Origin: Schizochytrium sp. TIO01
Taxonomy: Eukaryota; Protista; Bigyra: Labyrinthulomycetes
NCBI GenBank assembly: GCA_004764695.1
Contig: SMSO01000035.1
Span: 3,856,040-3,920,039 of the forward strand
Direction of reading: 5' to 3'
Length of the DNA: 64,000 bases
In this document: positions 12,313 to 23,600 of the stretch, piece after piece
Layout of the letters: every line of letters starts with the position of its first letter
How positions within the stretch are numbered: the stretch's first letter is position 1
Translations under genes and position numbers: made by a program
Notes under the pieces: generated by a model
What the model saw: the letters and a program-made list of their open reading frames with translations, nothing else
What the model was told of the DNA's origin: nothing
Databases searched by the model: none

Positions 12313-12419
12313 CGACTGTGCGATGCAGAGAAAGCTCAGCGTTGAGAGGATTTGGACCGCAAAGAGCTCAAAGTTTGGCGAAAGACGCGCATTGTTGAGG
12401 CAAAGATACTAAGGTCGTG

Positions 12420-12811
12420 CTTTTCAAGATTGGTGTACGTACGCCGAGTCCTTCGTCCACGAGGATTTCTTTGCGCAAGGAAATCGAAATCGATGTACTT
12501 CAACCTCGCTTAAATAAATTCCCCGACACACACTCCACTTGCTTATTCCCCTCCCAATAGCCTCCAGTGGAGGCTGAGTCTGAAGCCTCTGAACTTCCGC
12601 CTCATATCCCCATTTCACGAAATCCGTCCCATATTACCAGAGAGACATACATGGCCCCTCCTCTGACCATGGCGCTAAGAGCTACTCACCGAGAGTGGTA
12701 ATTCTCAGTGTGAGCAGATACAACTAATTCCCACAGTGCGGGATATTCCAGTCAGAAGCTGGTCAGGTTAGCCCGAGATGTGCTGGTTTCGCCGGGACGC
12801 AAGAACGGATT
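12420..12811 (-). ncRNA. Candidate structured non-coding RNA (telomerase RNA hypothesis); ends approximate
   Basis: Helices found by eye on the minus strand: AAUCCGUUC/GGACGGAUU, CCCGG/UCGGG, UGACCA/UGGUCA, UCCCGC/GUGGGA, UGCUCAC..CUGAGA/UCUCGG..UGAGUA, AGCCUCC/GGAGGCU, GCGAGG/CCUCGU. Most contain G-U pairs that would be A-C mismatches on the plus strand. No credible ORF. Confidence 0.4.
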
Positions 12812-13280
12812 GACTTTTGCGTTGAAAGAGAAAGAGAGAAAGAGAGAAAGAGATCATTTCGCTCTTTCGCCCTTTTAAGCGCTTCGAGGCTCCGTTAACG
12901 CTGCTTTCCGCTCTGTTTAGGATCGGTTTGTGCGCAGAGATCGATCGATGGAGCGAGTTCTGCTCTGATCTGCCTCACCCACAGAGGTCGATGGGAGAAA
13001 GTCACATACGTACGTACATATATGTATCTGTTGCTTTAGTTCATTCGAATGAATGAATTGATTAAGGAATGAATAAATCAATCAATCAATCGATCAATCA
13101 ATCAATCTGTGAATATGCATGATATACATAACGCAACAAATAATGAACCATTAAGAGTGACCAAAGAGACGAAAGTTTGGGGAATTGAGGATTTCGTGAA
13201 AGCGCCGAAAAGGATTTCATTCGATGCTCTGACACCTTTAAAGGAATGCGCGAAAGAAAGAGTGAAAAAAGAAAAGAAAC

Positions 13281-13338
13281 AATGAATGAATGAATGAATG
13301 AATGAATGAATGAATTAAAGAAACAAACAAACAAACAA
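13281..13338. repeat. (AATG)n followed by (AAAC)n microsatellite
   Basis: Directly visible. Confidence 0.9.
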
Positions 13339-14256
13339 CGATCGGTCTATGAGACTCGTGAGTCAGTCGAGTTTGGCTCAGTGAGTGCGTGTCTTCTGCG
13401 AAAAGGAATCGAAGCTTTGTTTTCTCGCTTTTCGAGAAAGCAAAGATCGAGAGAAAAGAGCGCACATAAGTTTGTTTGTTTGTTTGTTGATCTGTTGATT
13501 TATTTATTTATTTATTTGGTTTTATTTCTCTCTTGGTTTATGAAAGATCACCAATGCAAAGGAATCCCTCCATCGAAGTCGATCGATCGACCGTGAAACT
13601 AACCTGCGCAGAGAGAAATACAATCCGATCTCAGGGCAGTTCGAAACGTGCGTGGTTAGTCACCTACTTTCGCACGCACTCATACCATTCACAGGTTCTG
13701 GAAACCCGTGTATGAATGCGACGAATGGCTTTTGTTGAGTTAGGCTTTGGCTGAGTGAGTTGGGGAATGCAAGTTCTCCCTGCGGAATAGCTCTATTTAA
13801 GTGGTAATGAGGAGTTCACTTTGTTAATCAATTAATTAATTGATTGAGTAAAAAAGATTGTTTTGAAATGAAATAGATAAAATAAAATAAGTTACAGCAC
13901 GTTATGTAGAATTGTAAAACGTGTTTGTTTGTTTTTAAGTTGGGTTTTGAGGTAGGAGGTCCTATGAGGTATATAGGGGCTGTACTTCGAGGATCATTCC
14001 TTTCTTCGATTCTTTCTCTTTCTCTGTTGGTATCATGTATGATATAGGGGATATAGGGAAGAAAGTAGATTTTTAAAGGGATAAAGAAAGATGATGAAAA
14101 AGAGCAATGATCGACCTGGAGTTGCAACAGAACCAAAGCCCGAAAGCAAACCCTCAACTGCGCTCGAAGGACTCAAGTTGCTGCGAATCAAGAGAGCTCA
14201 AGCCCGACTTAATTATCACTGCCTGCAGATTTACTGCCTAAACAACAGTCAGCAAC

Positions 14257-15567
14257 ATGTCGAACCGCGTAGAGAAGCTCGTGAGCCACCTTCAGGCTGG
14301 CCAGAATGCCCAGGGCGCATCTCTGAGCGCCCAGCTCACCAGCAACGAGCAGAAGAACATCTTCGGCGCCGTCGGAAGCAAGTCTGATGATGATGTCGTG
14401 ATCGTCTCTGCCAAGCGTACCGCCATTGGACGTGCTCGCCGCGGCGGCTTCAAGGACACCACCCCCGACACTCTCCTCAAGTCCGTTCTCGAGGGAGTCA
14501 TCGCGGACTCCAAGCTCGACCCCAGCCTCATTCAGGATGTCATTGTCGGCAACGTCCAGCTCGCTGGCGCCTACTCCCTCCCCGGCCGTGCTGCTGCCGT
14601 GATGGCCGGCATTCCCGAGTCTGCCGGATTCGTTGCCATGAACCGTCAGTGCAGCTCCGGTCTCGAGGCCGTCGCCACTGTCGCCTCCAAGATCAAGTCT
14701 GGTGTCGTCGAGATCGGTATTGGTGCTGGTGTCGAGTCCATGTCTAACGGTGGATCCCCCGGTGACATGTCAAGCATGCCCCCCATGGACCTCAACTCCA
14801 TCTTTGCCCACCCCGTGGCCTCCCAGTGCTTGACCCCCATGGGTATCACCAGCGAGAATGTCGCCGCCAAGTTCGGCATCACCCGCCAGGAGCAGGACCA
14901 GATGGCTGTGGACTCGCACGCAAAGGCCCTCAAGGCTCAGGAGCAGGGCTGGCTTAAGGATGAGATCATCCCGGTCACTGTCAACCTCACTGACGCTGAC
15001 GGAAACGAGCGCGAGGTAGTCATTGACAAGGACGAGGGACCCCGCAAGGGCACCACCCTCGAGGGCCTTTCCAAGCTCAAGCCGGCATTCAAGGAGGGCG
15101 GCTCCACCACTGCAGGAAACGCCTCCCAGGTCAGCGATGGCGCAGCTGCGGTTATCCTTATGACCCGCCGCAAGGCAAAGGAACTCGGCATGCCGATCAA
15201 GGCCGTATTCCGTGGCTACAAGGTTGTTGGAGTCCCGGCTGCTATCATGGGCATCGGCCCTGCTGCCGCCATCCCTGCCTGCCTCGATGCCACTGGCGTC
15301 AACATCTCTGACGTTGATGTGTTTGAGATCAACGAGGCCTTTGCTTCTCAGGCGACCTACTGTGTCAAGAAGCTTGGCATTCCCATGGCCAAGGTCAACC
15401 CAGTCGGATCCGGCATCTCTCTCGGACACCCTCTCGGATGCACTGGTGCTCGCCAGATCGCCACTCTCCTCAACACCTTCAAGCGTGACAACAAGAAGCT
15501 CGGAGTTGTCTCCATGTGCATCGGTACCGGCATGGGTGCTGCCGCTCTCATTGAGAACGAGCAGTAA
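14257..15567 (+). CDS. ACAA1: Peroxisomal 3-ketoacyl-CoA thiolase (acetyl-CoA acyltransferase) with PTS2
   Basis: 436 aa. Catalytic NRQCSSG, NEAFASQ, GHPLG and SMCIGTGMG motifs; N-terminal RVEKLVSHL fits PTS2 R-[LVI]-x5-H-L; strong C-ending codon bias. Confidence 0.96.
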   Translation: MSNRVEKLVSHLQAGQNAQGASLSAQLTSNEQKNIFGAVGSKSDDDVVIVSAKRTAIGRARRGGFKDTTPDTLLKSVLEGVIADSKLDPSLIQDVIVGNVQLAGAYSLPGRAAAVMAGIPESAGFVAMNRQCSSGLEAVATVASKIKSGVVEIGIGAGVESMSNGGSPGDMSSMPPMDLNSIFAHPVASQCLTPMGITSENVAAKFGITRQEQDQMAVDSHAKALKAQEQGWLKDEIIPVTVNLTDADGNEREVVIDKDEGPRKGTTLEGLSKLKPAFKEGGSTTAGNASQVSDGAAAVILMTRRKAKELGMPIKAVFRGYKVVGVPAAIMGIGPAAAIPACLDATGVNISDVDVFEINEAFASQATYCVKKLGIPMAKVNPVGSGISLGHPLGCTGARQIATLLNTFKRDNKKLGVVSMCIGTGMGAAALIENEQ

Positions 15568-17017
15568 GCGAGTCTGGCAAGATCGACGATGACAAGATTA
15601 TCGACGCTTCCTTTTTTGAGCGTGCCGCTGTTTAACATACACACTTTTTTTTACCTAACAACAACGTGACCCACACGCACGCACTTACGCAAAAGGACAA
15701 CATCAAATTGGTAAACTGTCTTTTCCTCGTTCGTTTGCGTTGTTGCGTGTATATCTATAAGATAAAATCTCTTTTAAGTATTCTTTCTTTCTATCTGTCT
15801 ATCAAGTTGCATTCCTCAGGAGCTAGTTCGCTCCCACCTGTTAGAGGCAACTCCTGCAGTCTTTTCACTTGGTCAAGAGACGCAATCCAGAGCGATCGCT
15901 CCTTGGGGTGGATTTATTGTTCCTCTTGAAGAAGGAAATCTTGAAATCAGCAGAAACTCCTCTATTATTTACAATGTTGATATGATATCATATATACGTG
16001 CTCTGCTGCCGTACCCTACAAAATGTCATAACAGTCTAGCTAGATTCTAAAAGAGAGATACAAGCCAGTAGGTACGTCGATAGGCAGGTAGGCACCTACG
16101 TTGTTCTATAGTTGGTAGTCTCCAACTCTAGTAAATTACAGCAAAAGCAACGGCAGCATCTCTTGGCGATATTCCCACGCCTTAATGAAATATATTGTCA
16201 GCTCCTATTTATTCTGGTAACTTGTTTCCGTGTGGAAACACTAGATCTGATGAGTCTTCAAGCCCAAGAAATCCAATTCTGTGCATTAGGTATGACGGTC
16301 GCAAAAAGACACTTGAGCAAGGGAAAGGGGGTGGAAAGAACGAAGGAGTTTAAAACTTGTTATTTATACACATAGCCGAAAGAGACAGACTCGCAAAGCA
16401 AGACACGCAACGAGAAAAAGAGATTCACAGGGGTATGGATACCTACCTGTCAAGCGAAATCATCGTTTTGGTTTGTCACGAATTTGTAAACCCCACAAGA
16501 ATGAAGGTTTCACCAAACAACACGAAGAATCGGGAACTAGTCTACAGAGCAAAGAACTGTCGAATCCCACAAGGGGGTGGCGATTCTCAAGTTGGATGTC
16601 CAGAGCGTGCACAAGACACACAAGTAGGATGAAGAAGAGTCTGACTTGTAGTTAGTGTTGGGGAAAGATTGAGTTTGGATGTTCTCCGCACTAAGTTTTC
16701 CGTGGGTGTGATGGCGTCGGCTTGATAATCAATTCTGAAGAATCGTTGTTTGGGAGACGAGCAAACCCTGCAGGTTCTAGATCGCGAGTGCAATCAACCC
16801 AAAAAAGGTTTCATGGTAGTGGCAGGTGGACGTGTTATTGTTGCTGTTCTTAATGTTGGCGTTGTTGACGTTGTTTTCGCTCGTGATGTGCGTAATGGCG
16901 GAGTTAGTTTCACTTGTGATGAATGTTGAGGTTAATTTGTTGTCGTCACGACTGGCAATGCAGCAGCTTGTAAGCGCGTCAGGCCAGATGTTTTGATTCG
17001 TCGTCGCTACTGTCTAA

Positions 17018-18466
17018 TTACACCTTGAGCTGGTCGTTGACGTAGCTCTCGATCACCTTGGCGTTGGCCTCAAGCACGGGCTTGATGTCCTGGCCAATGA
17101 AGTCGGCAACCTGCTCAGGGGCGCGGCCGACAAAGTTGATCGGGTCGAGGAGCTCGTTGAGCTTGTCGTGGATGGCCTTAAAGTTGTCATCGCCGCGGAT
17201 ACGGTCCATAAGGTCGTTCTCCTTGCCCTCACCCTTGACCTCACGAGCAGCAGCCATGGAGTGCTCACGGATAACCTCGTGGAGGGTCTGGCGATCACCT
17301 CCAAGCTTGACAGCCTCCATGAGGATGTTCTCAGTGGCCATGAAGGGGAGCTCGCTCATGACACGGGACTCAATGACCTTGGGCCACACGTGGAGACCAG
17401 TGACGACGTCAATGCAGATGGTGAGCAAAGCGTCGGTGGCCAAGAAAGCCTCGGGGAGCACGAGACGGCGGTTGGCAGAGTCATCAAGAGTGCGCTCCAT
17501 CCATTGGGTGCTGCTGGTCATTGCGGTGTTCTGCAAGATGCACATGACGTAGCGGGCAAGGGAGCACACGCGCTCAGAGCGCATAGGGTTGCGCTTGTAA
17601 GCCATGGCGGAGGAGCCGACCTGCTTCTTGCCGAAGGGCTCCTCAATCTCCTTGAGGTTTGCCAAGAGACGGATGTCAGTGCACATCTTGTGGGCAGACT
17701 GGGCGATGCCGGAGAGGGCAGTGAGGATGTAAAAGTCGAGCTTACGGGTGTAAGTCTGGCCAGAGACGGCGATAGCCTTGTTGAAGCCGAGGCGCTTAAG
17801 CACGAGCTCGTTGAGCTTGAGGACCTTCTCGTGGTCGCCGTCGAAGAGCTCGAGAAAACTAGCCTGGGTACCGGTGGTACCCTTGACACCACGGAGAGGG
17901 ATCTCCATCTCGCTCTCGAGGTGCTGGAAGTCCATAAGGAAGTCCTGGAGCCAGAGGGAAGCACGCTTGCCAACGGTGACAAGCTGAGCGGGTTGGTAGT
18001 GGGTGAAACCAAGAGTAGGGCGAGAGCGCTGCTCCATGGCAAACTCAGAGAGACGGCTCATGAGCACGAGGACCTTCTGGTGTACAAGCTTGAGAGCCTC
18101 AAACATCTGAATCTGCTCGGTGTTATCGACTACATAGCAGCTGGTGGCACCGAGGTGGATCACAGGGCGGGCCTTGGGGCACTGCTCGCCCCAGGCGTGG
18201 ATGTGGGACATGACGTCGTGGCGGAGCTCCTTCTCCATCTTCTCGGCGTACTCGTAGTTAATGTTGGTCATGTTGGCACGCATCTCCTCGAGCTGCTCGT
18301 CGGTGATCTCGAGGCCAAGCTCCTGCTCAGACTCGGCAAGGGCAAGCCACATGCGACGCCAGGTGGAGAACTTCTTGTCGGCGCTCCACACGTAGCTCAT
18401 CTCCGCTGACGCATAACGCTTGGTCAGCGGGTTCTCGTAAACGTTGTCCATGCGACCACCCTCCAT
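17018..18466 (-). CDS. ADSL: Adenylosuccinate lyase
   Basis: 482 aa. PLxxRYAS, RHDV, IHLGATS, THYQPAQ, GVKGTTGTQASF and the fumarase-superfamily signature GSSAMAYKRNP. Either of the first two ATGs could be the start. Confidence 0.97.
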   Translation of the reverse strand: MEGGRMDNVYENPLTKRYASAEMSYVWSADKKFSTWRRMWLALAESEQELGLEITDEQLEEMRANMTNINYEYAEKMEKELRHDVMSHIHAWGEQCPKARPVIHLGATSCYVVDNTEQIQMFEALKLVHQKVLVLMSRLSEFAMEQRSRPTLGFTHYQPAQLVTVGKRASLWLQDFLMDFQHLESEMEIPLRGVKGTTGTQASFLELFDGDHEKVLKLNELVLKRLGFNKAIAVSGQTYTRKLDFYILTALSGIAQSAHKMCTDIRLLANLKEIEEPFGKKQVGSSAMAYKRNPMRSERVCSLARYVMCILQNTAMTSSTQWMERTLDDSANRRLVLPEAFLATDALLTICIDVVTGLHVWPKVIESRVMSELPFMATENILMEAVKLGGDRQTLHEVIREHSMAAAREVKGEGKENDLMDRIRGDDNFKAIHDKLNELLDPINFVGRAPEQVADFIGQDIKPVLEANAKVIESYVNDQLKV

Positions 18467-18598
18467 CGTTCCTAACGCAAACTCCTCCTCGACAGAATGT
18501 CTTACGCGACACGCTCAAGATAGCTAGCTAGCTGATTCTGGTTTTGCTCGAGCCCACCATTTATTATTCCTCCAAGACTTTACATACCTACACTACAC

Positions 18599-18752
18599 TA
18601 ATTAATTAATTAACTAATTAACTAATTAACTAACTAACTAACTAACTAATTAACTAACTAACTGACTAATTAACTAATTAACTAATTAACTAATTAACTA
18701 ATTAACTAAGTAACTAAGTAACTAAGTAAGTAAGTAAGTAAGTAAGTAAGTA
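18599..18752. repeat. Compound tetranucleotide microsatellite (TAAT/TAAC/TAAG)n
   Basis: Directly visible; lies ~130 bp upstream of the ADSL start. Confidence 0.95.
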
Positions 18753-20654
18753 TATGAAAGGGTATCTACTATCAGCAATAGGGACCAAATCGCATTGCAT
18801 TGCATTGCATCGCACTGCATTAATCGCATTGCTCAGCGCCGACCTTCAACAAACAAACAGACAAACAATCAAACGCGAGGAAACCCTTTGCTGCGAGCTC
18901 CTCGTGCCCAGGACAAAGGGAGGAACCTCCGGCCAGCCTCAGCTGGTCGTCCTCGATCGAATTTGCTTGCTTGGTCGAATTGAACTGGTCTGCAGTTCAC
19001 AGTTCTCAGTTCACGAGCGCTCGAAAGAAATCGCAGTCAATCATTCAACATATATATAATCCCAAACAAATCTCAACTTCAATCGTTCATTCATTCATTC
19101 GTTCATGCGATTCATTGATTGTTTGTTTGATTGCTTGCTTGCTGCCTCACATTTGACACCAGTTTCGCAGAAATAACCTCGCAGTGGCGACATCTTGAAG
19201 GTACCGTAGGTGCACAAGCACAATCAGACCAGGAACTGGTGCAGAGAGTTTTGTCTGCGTAGAACGAAGTTGAGCTCAACTGGAGACCACGAAAACCATC
19301 TCAGAACTCATCACTCATCGTCATCCATTCCATCGATCCATCGATTCTTCGTCACTGATTCCATGCCCGCACTCGTAGCGTAACCCCTAGCCAGAACCCT
19401 ACTGAGAACTACCGAAATCCTCGAAGAATTGCTGGCAACAGAGGTAGGGTACTTTGCGAGTCCTCGTCCAGGACCCGCCATGTCAAATTGAAGACTGCTG
19501 AGCGCTAAGCGCCATATTGAGCGCAGGAAAGGGTGAGGAAGAGGTCTGGAATACACCCCAGTGCACGAAAGCTTTTGTAAGGGAGGAGAATAGAGGAGAC
19601 GAAGGAGGAGGGACAAGAGGGATTAAAATACGTGTCTTAAAAGGGGGAGATGGGCGACGGAGAACCCGAATAAAATACACCTCGAAAGACAAAGCACATG
19701 CATCCTCGTGGACCTTCCTTCGTGACCGTTTCCTTGAATGCTGTCATCGAGGGTCTGCGAGGTGGACGTAGGTGAAGAAGTCAACGGTATGGGCGCCAGT
19801 CAGAATGGAGGGTGGAGGTATGAGCTATATCGAAAATATGCCTCAAGCAGATGTCGATGGTATCGTCGAATTTGCACATGTTTTACCTGTAGGAGAGACG
19901 ATCAAAATGTACCGAGACATGAAACTGGAAAATTGTCATGAGGTTCGCCCCGCTAAATCAAGTATTTGAGTGTATCGCAGAGAAGGGGCGTCGTCGATGG
20001 TGTGCGACTCGTGAACATGATTCATTGCTTGAATGTGCGTGGTATTGATCGGTAAACCACGATTTTGTGGTCTTTTCGTTCGCCTACAACTTACGACTTA
20101 CGAGTGTAATGTTTACTTTTGTTCTTTTTTGTTGTTCTTTTTAACTAATGTTCATTTCAAGAAAATAAAAAACAAAAAACAAAAAGCAGAAAAAAGTTGC
20201 AAGTGCAAGATTACTTATTATCCTCTATTGTGAAAGCAATCGATCGTCTGAGCAGCCGATCTCTGAAGGCAGTTCCGATCGGCAGGCCGCAGGGACGAGC
20301 TGATCAGGGCGCCGGGGCTGTGAGAAGGCATTAGCCGGCGCCTCGAGGATTCTTACTATTAGTAGAAGCGACCTCAAGACGAGCTCTCGCACGAACGACT
20401 GCGTGGTCGCCGCGTTCGGAATCGTGATCCTTTATCTATTGGTATGAGATTTGCAAGATATCCTACTTCGCTTCTATCAACGAGTATTGCTGCCCACCGC
20501 AGGTGTGGGTGTGGGATTACACCCGTGTACAGATATCTTCGCTAGGAAGGACTCGTTAGATAAACTTCATTTACCTTTTTGAAGAACTCTTTAGAAATAT
20601 ATCTCAACGTTTCACTTTGTCACGAGTAGATCACTCTCAGCCAACTTCATCATC

Positions 20655-23600
20655 ATGTCGGCTGGAGGCCTCTTTGAATGCTTCTTAGTAGCACAGATTG
20701 CAGAAGGAAATGATGCTCAGACGTTGGATGATGGCAACAATAAACCACAAAGACAAGCTGTTGTAGGATGGAAATATCCTCAAGATCAAAATACTGTTGA
20801 AGGCTTGCATGAAGGCATTGCAGGCTTGCCCGTGTTCTGTTTTCCAAGACTGAGTCTGGAAAGACGAAGGCAATACCTTAAACCATACACGTACGTATTT
20901 GCGCTGACTCTTCAAAATGGCGAGTACCTATACGGGTTTTGTCGCAAATTTTTACCACCTGGAAGATTTCCTAGGCGTGCAGATGTGGAGGAAAGGTTTC
21001 CTGAAGTACTGTGTATCGTGTCCAAGCGTTTTGAAGTTGACCTCTTTCTACGAGTCCTCGACTGTGTGGAGGCCCGCATCATGCTAGACCCTGCAGCCAG
21101 CATTGGCTTTCTCGATGCCTTAGCAAAATTGCAACCTGTGCCCACACCAGGTTCCGCTTTTCGAATTAAAAGTCCCATGTGTGGTATTGTCTGCGAATAC
21201 AAGTTTTCTCGGCCACGCGTTTATGAGAAAGCGCATATCAATCTTGTCTTCAAGCATTTATCGCCACGCATGATTCATTTGTTGGTAGCGTTCATCATGA
21301 ACGAAAATCGTATTATTTTTGTCAGTGATAGCGAGACTAAGATCTCACTAGTCATCCACGGCCTAGTCGCGCTTATCTACCCTTTTGTTTGGCAGCATAT
21401 GTTTGTGCCTTTGATGCCTGAGCATCTATTTGACTACCTTGGGGCCCCCTCGCCTTACTTAGTAGGTGTACTGACCGCACTTCGCCCACGTCTGAAGAAC
21501 CTGCCATTAGGGAACGTAATTATTGCTGACCTTGACAAAAACCAGATCGAGACCAACGAGCCCCTCGTTCCGTTTGGCGAAATCAATTCAAATGACAATA
21601 AATTCATTGCGCGCTCGCGGAGTGAGGAGGACCTCCGTATTTCATCTATTTTCGCAGGTGAAATTAACGCTCTCTGGTCTCGTGGGTCTGGTCAATTTCG
21701 CCAAGTCAATGAACTTTCGCTTCGTACAACCTGGGTTAGCTTTAACCTCTATGTTTTCGGATGGGCTGATCGTTATGTTGATGCACACTCAGGAGAAATT
21801 CAAAAAGAGGCCTTCGCGGCTAGTATGGCAGATCCTCTTTTACAGCGCTTTTGCCGCAACTTTGTTCATACCCAGATGTTTAACCATTTCGTTGAACGCC
21901 TTGTTGACCACCTACACCGCAAGCGCCATGGACGTCAGAGAAATTCAATGGCCCAAACGCAAACTACAACTGGTGGCTTTCGACGCGATGGTGCTATGCT
22001 GGACTTGCAACGGCAGGAGGACACCCTTTTCTTCGAAGCCCGAGATCAGCTACACGGAGACTTCACATGGGCAGATGTAAAACGTGCTTTTAAGTCTACA
22101 CCCGTTCGGATTTGCCATACTCCATCAGGAGCTGTAAATGAGGCGCTTGAGGCGATTCCTACGTCAATCCGGACCAATCCCAAGTTTGACCCGGACACCG
22201 ATGAACTATTTCAGAAGCTCGCTAGGCGCTCCTACGACGCCATGCTGGCTGTAGCGATCAATAAAGCTATTTGGCGCCGTGTGTCACAGACTACCGCAAA
22301 GAACTGGCGCAGTGGCTACAATGCCATGCTACTATTACGCTTTATGCTTTCCGCAGGTTCAGAAATTGTTCTCGCTTCTGCTTTTCGCCACATTGATAAT
22401 ATTGCACGTCTGTTACGAACTGGTGGGGAGTTAAATGGCTCGCGGAGCGAAGAAAGTGTTAAGCAGCTTCAGCGTGCCGCGGCAACTGTGTACCACGAGC
22501 TCATTGACCGTCGCACTCTCGCGTGGGAACGATCGCATGAGGGTGGCCATCGCCTCTTTTTGGCAAGCAAGCGTAAGGAGATTGATAAGGTGACTGCACA
22601 TCTCCGCTGTAGGTCTACACCAATGCCTCGCTTTAAAGATCTACATGAAAGCAACTTTGATCCGTGTGTGCCACTTAAAGCGCCACTTAAAGCTCATCAG
22701 CTGGAACAAATTCCAATCGCGCCTCGTAAAACTGAGGATCTTCTTGGATTGAAGTCCTATGCGCGTGACACAGCTTCCTCGCTTACGCCCCCCCCTCCCC
22801 CCCCACCACCTCACCATTCGCCGCCAGTGAAATATCAACAGCCATTTTCCAACACCATGTTGCAACCCACGATCGTCAGCGCCCCTCCACCGCCGCCTCC
22901 TCCACCGCCGCCTCCTCCTCCGCCGCCCCCAAAGACGACATCTTCAACGTTACATCTAAACCAAACAACCTCCGCAGGGCCACCCATGTCCGCAAAGACA
23001 TTTACAGCTCCTCCTCCGCCCCCCCCTCCCCCTCCATCATTGTTGCGCGCATCTTTACCAGCAGCCCTGCCCAAAAGACCAGCACAGTCTGGCCTTTCTT
23101 CATCCTCGGAAGCGGCTTCGCCGCCTCCACCACCACCGCCACCCAAACGATCTTCACTTGAAGCTAGTTCGGAACAATCTGAAAAGGCTGCTTCAATGAA
23201 TCGTCCTTCCACTGCCAAATCTGGGCCACCTCCTCCACCACCGCCTCGAGCATTTGAGCTTGAATCAGAAGAAGGTTCTGCTCAATCTTTTAACAGCCGA
23301 TCCTCGCCTCCACACAGAGCACCTCCTCACCGAGAGCCTTCTGATCACTCAGGGTCTTCACCTGCTCCAAATTCCCCAATTTCTCCTGATGCATCCCCAC
23401 CCAAGTCAGCTTCAGAGTCTGTAAACGAGGGGTGGAGTTTTGACACGCCTAGTGTAGAAACTCATACGTCCTCGGCTCGCCGTGGATCAAATAAAGCACG
23501 CCCGCCAGCACCCCAGAAACAGAATTTGGGAAAGATCACAACAAATCGCCCGCCACCTCCGACCAAACCTGCAACGAGCGACCAAAAGCAACCATCACAG

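Noticed and set aside
12330-12600. RNase P/MRP-like P4 halves (GGAAGUUCAG ... CUGAGCUU) on the minus strand
   Set aside because: The pairing lacks the bulged-U register and I found no CR-II to CR-IV motifs. SRP helix 8 and TPP riboswitch motif order also do not fit.
12636-12662. CAGAGAGACATACATGGCCCCT resembles the U6 snRNA core ACAGAGAAGATTAGCATGGCCCCT
   Set aside because: The invariant ACAGAGA box and AGC triad are not intact and the rest of U6 is absent.
13645-13730. Two adjacent hairpins (GTGCGTG/CACGCAC; CATTCA/TGAATG) upstream of the thiolase
   Set aside because: Short helices with no strand asymmetry or known motif; compatible with chance.
17168-18409. 413-aa plus-strand ORF antisense to ADSL (also the 219-aa ORF antisense to the thiolase, 14770-15429)
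   Set aside because: Shadow frames caused by strong C/G-ending codon bias of highly expressed genes; no motifs.
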